Positions 60,239 through 64,000 of a DNA stretch of 64,000 nt are shown in pieces (position 1 is the first letter of the stretch; every line of letters begins with the position of its first letter). Made by a program: the position numbers and the translations under genes. Under the pieces are notes generated by a model that made no database searches, was not told the DNA's origin, and saw only the letters and a list, made by a program, of their open reading frames with translations. The stretch covers positions 14,197-78,196 of the forward strand of contig JAQRMR010000099.1 of the NCBI GenBank assembly GCA_028599115.1, given 5' to 3'. The DNA is from Methyloprofundus sp. GTDB lineage: Bacteria; Pseudomonadota; Gammaproteobacteria; Methylococcales; Methylomonadaceae.

Positions 60239-61120
60239 TTAACTACGCGAGAACACAGCGCTCGCTTGCTCTTGTGTGCTGCAACTTAACAAACAAATAT
60301 TAGACTGTAGCGCCAGTTTTTCTAGCACCGCACTGTGCTGTTGAAATTTCTCCTGATAGTTCGCCATGCGCGTTTTATCGCCTGCATCAACAATGACATC
60401 TTGCTGTTTATCAGTAAAACGAAACCGACCTTTTTTCGGCAAAGCACTTTCCAAAGGATCATAAATTTGCACCAAAACAAGCTCACAATGTCGCGCCATT
60501 TTTGCTAATAGCATTTCCGCTGCTTCATTTATGCCACGAAAATCACTAATGATGTAAACCAAACTTCCCGGCCTTACATGCTGGCTAAGCCGTCCTAGAA
60601 CTTGCTCAAGACTACTCACCGCAAAAGAGGACTCGCTTTTAACTAAGGCATTTAAAAAATGCAGTACCGATTGCTTGCCATTACCGGGTTTTAATTCTCG
60701 GCAAGATTGATCTGTAAAAATCTGCCCGCCAATGCGATCCCCTTGCCTTTGCGCCATCCAAGCAATTAAACTGGCTATTTTTGCCGCCTGAACTGCCTTA
60801 AAAACACCGCGCGTGGCAAATTGCATTGAAGCGCGATAATCAACCGAGATAAAAACGGGGCGCTCTCGCTCTTCTCTAAAAAGTTTAGTATGTGTTTTCC
60901 CCGTCCGCGCAGTCACGCGCCAATCAATACTGCGAATATCATCTCCCGCTTGATAAGGTCGCACTTCATCAAACTCCATGCCACGCCCTTTGATTTTAGA
61001 AAGATAACCGCCGCTTTGTTGCGATTTAATGCCTGAGCGCGATAATTTGAGCATAGCCGCAGATTTAGCTAGGTTAATCAGCATTTTCAAATTAACGCTG
61101 ATTCGTTCATTCGCTGCCAT
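60239..61120 (-). CDS. DUF58 family protein (MoxR partner)
   Basis: GRGMEFDEVRPYQAGDDIRSIDWRVTAR, EERER, ISDF. Confidence 0.92.
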   Translation of the reverse strand: MAANERISVNLKMLINLAKSAAMLKLSRSGIKSQQSGGYLSKIKGRGMEFDEVRPYQAGDDIRSIDWRVTARTGKTHTKLFREERERPVFISVDYRASMQFATRGVFKAVQAAKIASLIAWMAQRQGDRIGGQIFTDQSCRELKPGNGKQSVLHFLNALVKSESSFAVSSLEQVLGRLSQHVRPGSLVYIISDFRGINEAAEMLLAKMARHCELVLVQIYDPLESALPKKGRFRFTDKQQDVIVDAGDKTRMANYQEKFQQHSAVLEKLALQSNICLLSCSTQEQASAVFSRS

Positions 61121-62106
61121 TAAGGAACCGGAATCCGAGCAATTAACTGCTCAATAAAATAATCCGTAGTAATGCCCTCGGCTTCGGCCTCATAAGACAA
61201 AATAATACGATGACGTAAGATATCAAAAGCAACGTCTTGTATGTCTTCCGGCGCAACAAAATCTTTCCCGTTTAACCACGCCCTTGCTCGCGCACAGCGG
61301 TCAAGGCCAATGCTCGCTCTTGGGCTAGCACCATACTGCAACCAACCCGCTAAATCCTCACCATAAGCTTTAGGGTTTCTTGTCGCTAGAATAATTTGTA
61401 ATAAATAATCTTCCAAGGCATCGGCCATATAAACTTCCAGCACCTCGGCACGCGCGGTAAATAAGCTTTCTTGGCTGATTGTTTGAATACTAGGTGCTGT
61501 TGCTGCATTCGTCTGTTTTGCTTCATTGCGCGCTAAATGTAAAATCTGTTTTTCATGCTCTGCGCTGGGGTAGTCAATCTTAACGTGCAGTAAAAAACGA
61601 TCTAACTGTGCTTCAGGTAAGGGATAAGTCCCCTCTTGCTCAATAGGGTTTTGCGTTGCCATTACTAGAAATAGCGGCGGCAATGGGTAAGTCTCCCCCC
61701 CGACGGTAATTTGTCTTTCTGCCATCGCTTCTAATAAAGCTGCTTGGACTTTAGCTGGTGAACGATTAATTTCATCCGCCAATACTAAGTTATGAAATAA
61801 CGGCCCTTTTTGGAATTCAAAACTACCTTGCTCTGGACGATAAATTTCTGTTCCGGTCAAATCAGCAGGTAACAAATCAGGCGTAAACTGCACACGATGG
61901 AAATCAGCCTGAATACCTTTACTTAACGCATTAATTGCTCGCGTTTTAGCTAACCCCGGCGCACCTTCAACTAAGATATGTCCATCTGCTAATAAAGCAA
62001 TCAACATACGCTCAACCAAGGTTTCTTGGCCAATAATTTGCTCGCTAATCGTTTGTTTTAATTGCTGCATCGCAACAAGGCTATTGCTAGGGGTTATTTC
62101 TGACAT
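61120..62106 (-). CDS. MoxR-family AAA+ ATPase
   Basis: GAPGLAKT, QFTPDLLPAD, DEINRSPAKVQAALLEAM, TQNPIEQEGTYPLPEAQLDRF, GASPRA. Confidence 0.96.
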   Translation of the reverse strand: MSEITPSNSLVAMQQLKQTISEQIIGQETLVERMLIALLADGHILVEGAPGLAKTRAINALSKGIQADFHRVQFTPDLLPADLTGTEIYRPEQGSFEFQKGPLFHNLVLADEINRSPAKVQAALLEAMAERQITVGGETYPLPPLFLVMATQNPIEQEGTYPLPEAQLDRFLLHVKIDYPSAEHEKQILHLARNEAKQTNAATAPSIQTISQESLFTARAEVLEVYMADALEDYLLQIILATRNPKAYGEDLAGWLQYGASPRASIGLDRCARARAWLNGKDFVAPEDIQDVAFDILRHRIILSYEAEAEGITTDYFIEQLIARIPVP

Positions 62107-62361
62107 ATTTTGCTTTGGTCCATCATTAAAATTGACACTAGTTTAATATAAATTAAGTTAATATTTAGAGAAGTTTGTGACAAATTAAAGAAACGACCAG
62201 CAACACGCCCACTAAGTTGAAATATGTTAGTGTTGTCATGCTCAAAACGTATTTTCTAGTGTCGTCTTTAAATGCTTGTTTAGGGTCAGTTTTAACTTAA
62301 GAATATCCAATAGACATCTTTCCTAAATAAAGCTTATCTTATTAACTGATGTTACGCAGTC

Positions 62362-62476
62362 GTAGGTCGTGTTAGCTTATTGAACGAAGTGAAATAACGT
62401 AACGCGACGGGTGTTTTACCACTGCTTGTCGCGTTACGTTATCTGCGCTACGCTTAGATAATCTAACACGACCTAC
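62362..62476. repeat. REPIN (GTAGG-type REP doublet) adjacent to the HUH transposase element
   Basis: Outer GTAGGTCGTGTTAG / CTAACACGACCTAC; inner ATAACGTAACGCGAC (62394-62408) / GTCGCGTTACGTTAT (62428-62442). Confidence 0.88.
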
Positions 62477-62484
62477 CTTCGCTT

Positions 62485-63244
62485 TTAAAGGGGACGCTAC
62501 CCTTTTATTTTAGAGATTTACCCCGTATAATCGCCTTTTTAACTTTAAACACCCCTTACCATGCCCCGAATTGCTCGAACTGTTTTTGCTGGTATTCCTC
62601 ATCATATTACTCAACGTGGTAATCGCCGCAATAAAGTATTTTTTACCGATGAAGACCGCCTTCAATATCTAAATTGGCTTCAAAAATACAGTCAAAAACA
62701 TCATGTTCAAATATTGGCGTATTGTTTAATGGACAACCATATTCATTTAATTGCTATTCCTAAAAATAAAGATGGATTACAGCGAGTATTAAAACCAATT
62801 CATATGCGCTATGCACAGTCTATTAATCGTCAGCATCAATGGTCTGGGCATTTATGGCAAGGACGCTTTTTCTCAAGCCCATTAGATGAAGCTTATTTAT
62901 GGTTTTGCATTCGATATGTAGAGCAAAATCCCGTTCGTGCTGGTATAGTTTCACGGGCTGAAGACTACCTATGGTCAAGTGCTGCCGGGCACTGTGGATT
63001 AAAAAAAGATGACTTGTTGTCAACCGATTCAGATTATTGGAAAGTATTTGACGGCATTAAAAATTGGTCTGACTGGCTGAAAAACGAGGAAGATAAAGAA
63101 AAACTAACCATAACTAGGCGTAATATTCAAAAAAATTTACCTTGCGGCTCAGATAGCTTTATTGAGAAACTAGAAAAAATTTCAGGGTCTTCATTAATGT
63201 TTCGACCTGTTGGAAGACCTAAAAAAGGGTAGCGTCCCCTTTAA
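62485..63244 (+). mobile_element. 760-bp element: HUH/Y1 transposase gene between perfect 22-bp inverted repeats
   Basis: TTAAAGGGGACGCTACCCTTTT (62485-62506) is the exact reverse complement of 63223-63244. No target duplication seen. Confidence 0.85.
62561..63232 (+). CDS. REP-associated-type tyrosine transposase (RAYT/TnpA-REP-like HUH Y1 nuclease)
   Basis: HHITQRGN, YCLMDNHIH (HUH), GHLWQGRF, RYVEQNPVRAG (catalytic Tyr), YLWSS, C-terminal GRPKK. The stop codon lies inside the right TIR. Confidence 0.92.
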   Translation: MPRIARTVFAGIPHHITQRGNRRNKVFFTDEDRLQYLNWLQKYSQKHHVQILAYCLMDNHIHLIAIPKNKDGLQRVLKPIHMRYAQSINRQHQWSGHLWQGRFFSSPLDEAYLWFCIRYVEQNPVRAGIVSRAEDYLWSSAAGHCGLKKDDLLSTDSDYWKVFDGIKNWSDWLKNEEDKEKLTITRRNIQKNLPCGSDSFIEKLEKISGSSLMFRPVGRPKKG

Positions 63245-63246
63245 TT

Positions 63247-63305
63247 CTGTGCGGAGCCGCATGCAGGGTGGTATGGGGAGGGTGAGAAACACGCCCTTAC
63301 CCGAT
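63247..63305 (+). mobile_element. 3' fragment of a class-C-like group II intron (partial domain V plus domain VI)
   Basis: CTG-TGCG-GAGC-CGCA-TG-CAGGGTGG (short DV lacking the triad strand); DVI GGG..CCCTT-A-CCC-GAT with bulged A63299 seventh from the AT end. Confidence 0.8.
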
Positions 63306-63317
63306 TATGTTTTTTTA

Positions 63318-63692
63318 TTAGATAAACCGTTCAACATTGACATTAAAAAAAACACTTAATTTTTTTGCAGCCTCTTTACTAATACTTCGCCGACCAAGCT
63401 CAATATCAGAAATATTTTGTCTTGTAAACTTCCCTAGCTGCTTACCTAATTGCTCTTGAGTTAAATTAAGGTTTTCTCTATATATTTTTACAACTTCACC
63501 CGGTGTTAGTGAGTCAGTTGTTTTCTTAAACCAGTCAGAAGATAAAAAATCTATCATTTCTTCACTCTCATCTACAATTTCTACATCATTACCAAAATTA
63601 TCTTGTAAATACTGAATAAGTTTTTTAGGGATTTCACCTTTAACCTCAAAAAGTGAGTTTTCAGTATGGGGCTTTTTCACGACTGCCAACAT
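63318..63692 (-). CDS. XRE-HTH antitoxin
   Basis: C-terminal HTH (YRENLNLTQEQLG..NISDIELGRRSIS). Start at the ATG at 63692 after GAGGT, inside the toxin gene. Confidence 0.85.
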   Translation of the reverse strand: MLAVVKKPHTENSLFEVKGEIPKKLIQYLQDNFGNDVEIVDESEEMIDFLSSDWFKKTTDSLTPGEVVKIYRENLNLTQEQLGKQLGKFTRQNISDIELGRRSISKEAAKKLSVFFNVNVERFI

Positions 63693-63924
63693 AATACACC
63701 TCAATATTAATAGCATCTTTGTCATGACTCCAACAAGCAACCCATGAAGTACCTAAGTGACAATGATGTTCTGTAGAGCTCAACTTACTATAGTTTTGCC
63801 AATTCGGTTGTTCTGGGCCTTTATCTTTTAAATCCATAGCCAAAACAGCCATCTTTTTTTGCACCCATAGCGGAAGTTTAGCTATATTTTTAATAACTTT
63901 CTTTTTAACGGATACTTTATACAT
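63661..63924 (-). CDS. RelE/ParE-superfamily toxin
   Basis: 87 aa, basic N-terminus, NWQNYSKL..HHCHL..WVACW..IEVYYVGSRE; upstream of an HTH gene. Confidence 0.8.
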   Translation of the reverse strand: MYKVSVKKKVIKNIAKLPLWVQKKMAVLAMDLKDKGPEQPNWQNYSKLSSTEHHCHLGTSWVACWSHDKDAINIEVYYVGSREKAPY

Positions 63925-64000
63925 AGCTCAATGTACTACACTATTAGGTACAAAACAACGACACCCTTCATTTCCCAGTTTATAGATAGTTTAACTCATA

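Noticed and set aside
1-64000. CRISPR array, rRNA, tmRNA, RNase P RNA, intron RT, integron integrase
   Set aside because: No regularly spaced repeat-spacer units and no matching sequence or ORF seen.

Overview
A 64-kb, AT-rich (roughly 35-40% GC by eye) stretch of a gammaproteobacterial chromosome. A marine Methylococcales/Thiotrichales-like host is only an inference. It is mostly core genes: pstS/pstCAB-phoU plus an EAL-CBS-GGDEF gene, a PiT transporter, priA, ppiD, duplicated tRNA-Val/tRNA-Asp, tig-clpPX-lon-hupB, tRNA-Leu, tRNA-Arg, rph-rdgB, a K+ channel with an RCK partner, dsbB, minCDE, pssA-leuA-UDG-glmS, an ATP-grasp/pitrilysin pair, MscS, trmJ-cysE-iscRSA, suhB, hemCDXY, lysM-dprA-smg-topA, dnaB-alr, rplM-rpsI and a moxR cluster. 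Both ends of the window are mobile-DNA mosaics with the same order of parts: GTAG/REP-type hairpins, a CCCCT end motif (at the right end, a perfect 22-bp inverted repeat around an intact HUH/Y1 transposase), a truncated group II intron terminus, an integron attC remnant, and a toxin-antitoxin operon. Other non-coding signals are a 123-bp IS66-like MITE with an 8-bp target duplication, divergent Pho boxes, an IscR site and a triple DnaA-box cluster before priA. There is no CRISPR array, rRNA, integron integrase or intron reverse transcriptase in the window. All family assignments come from motifs recognised by eye, with no database search.
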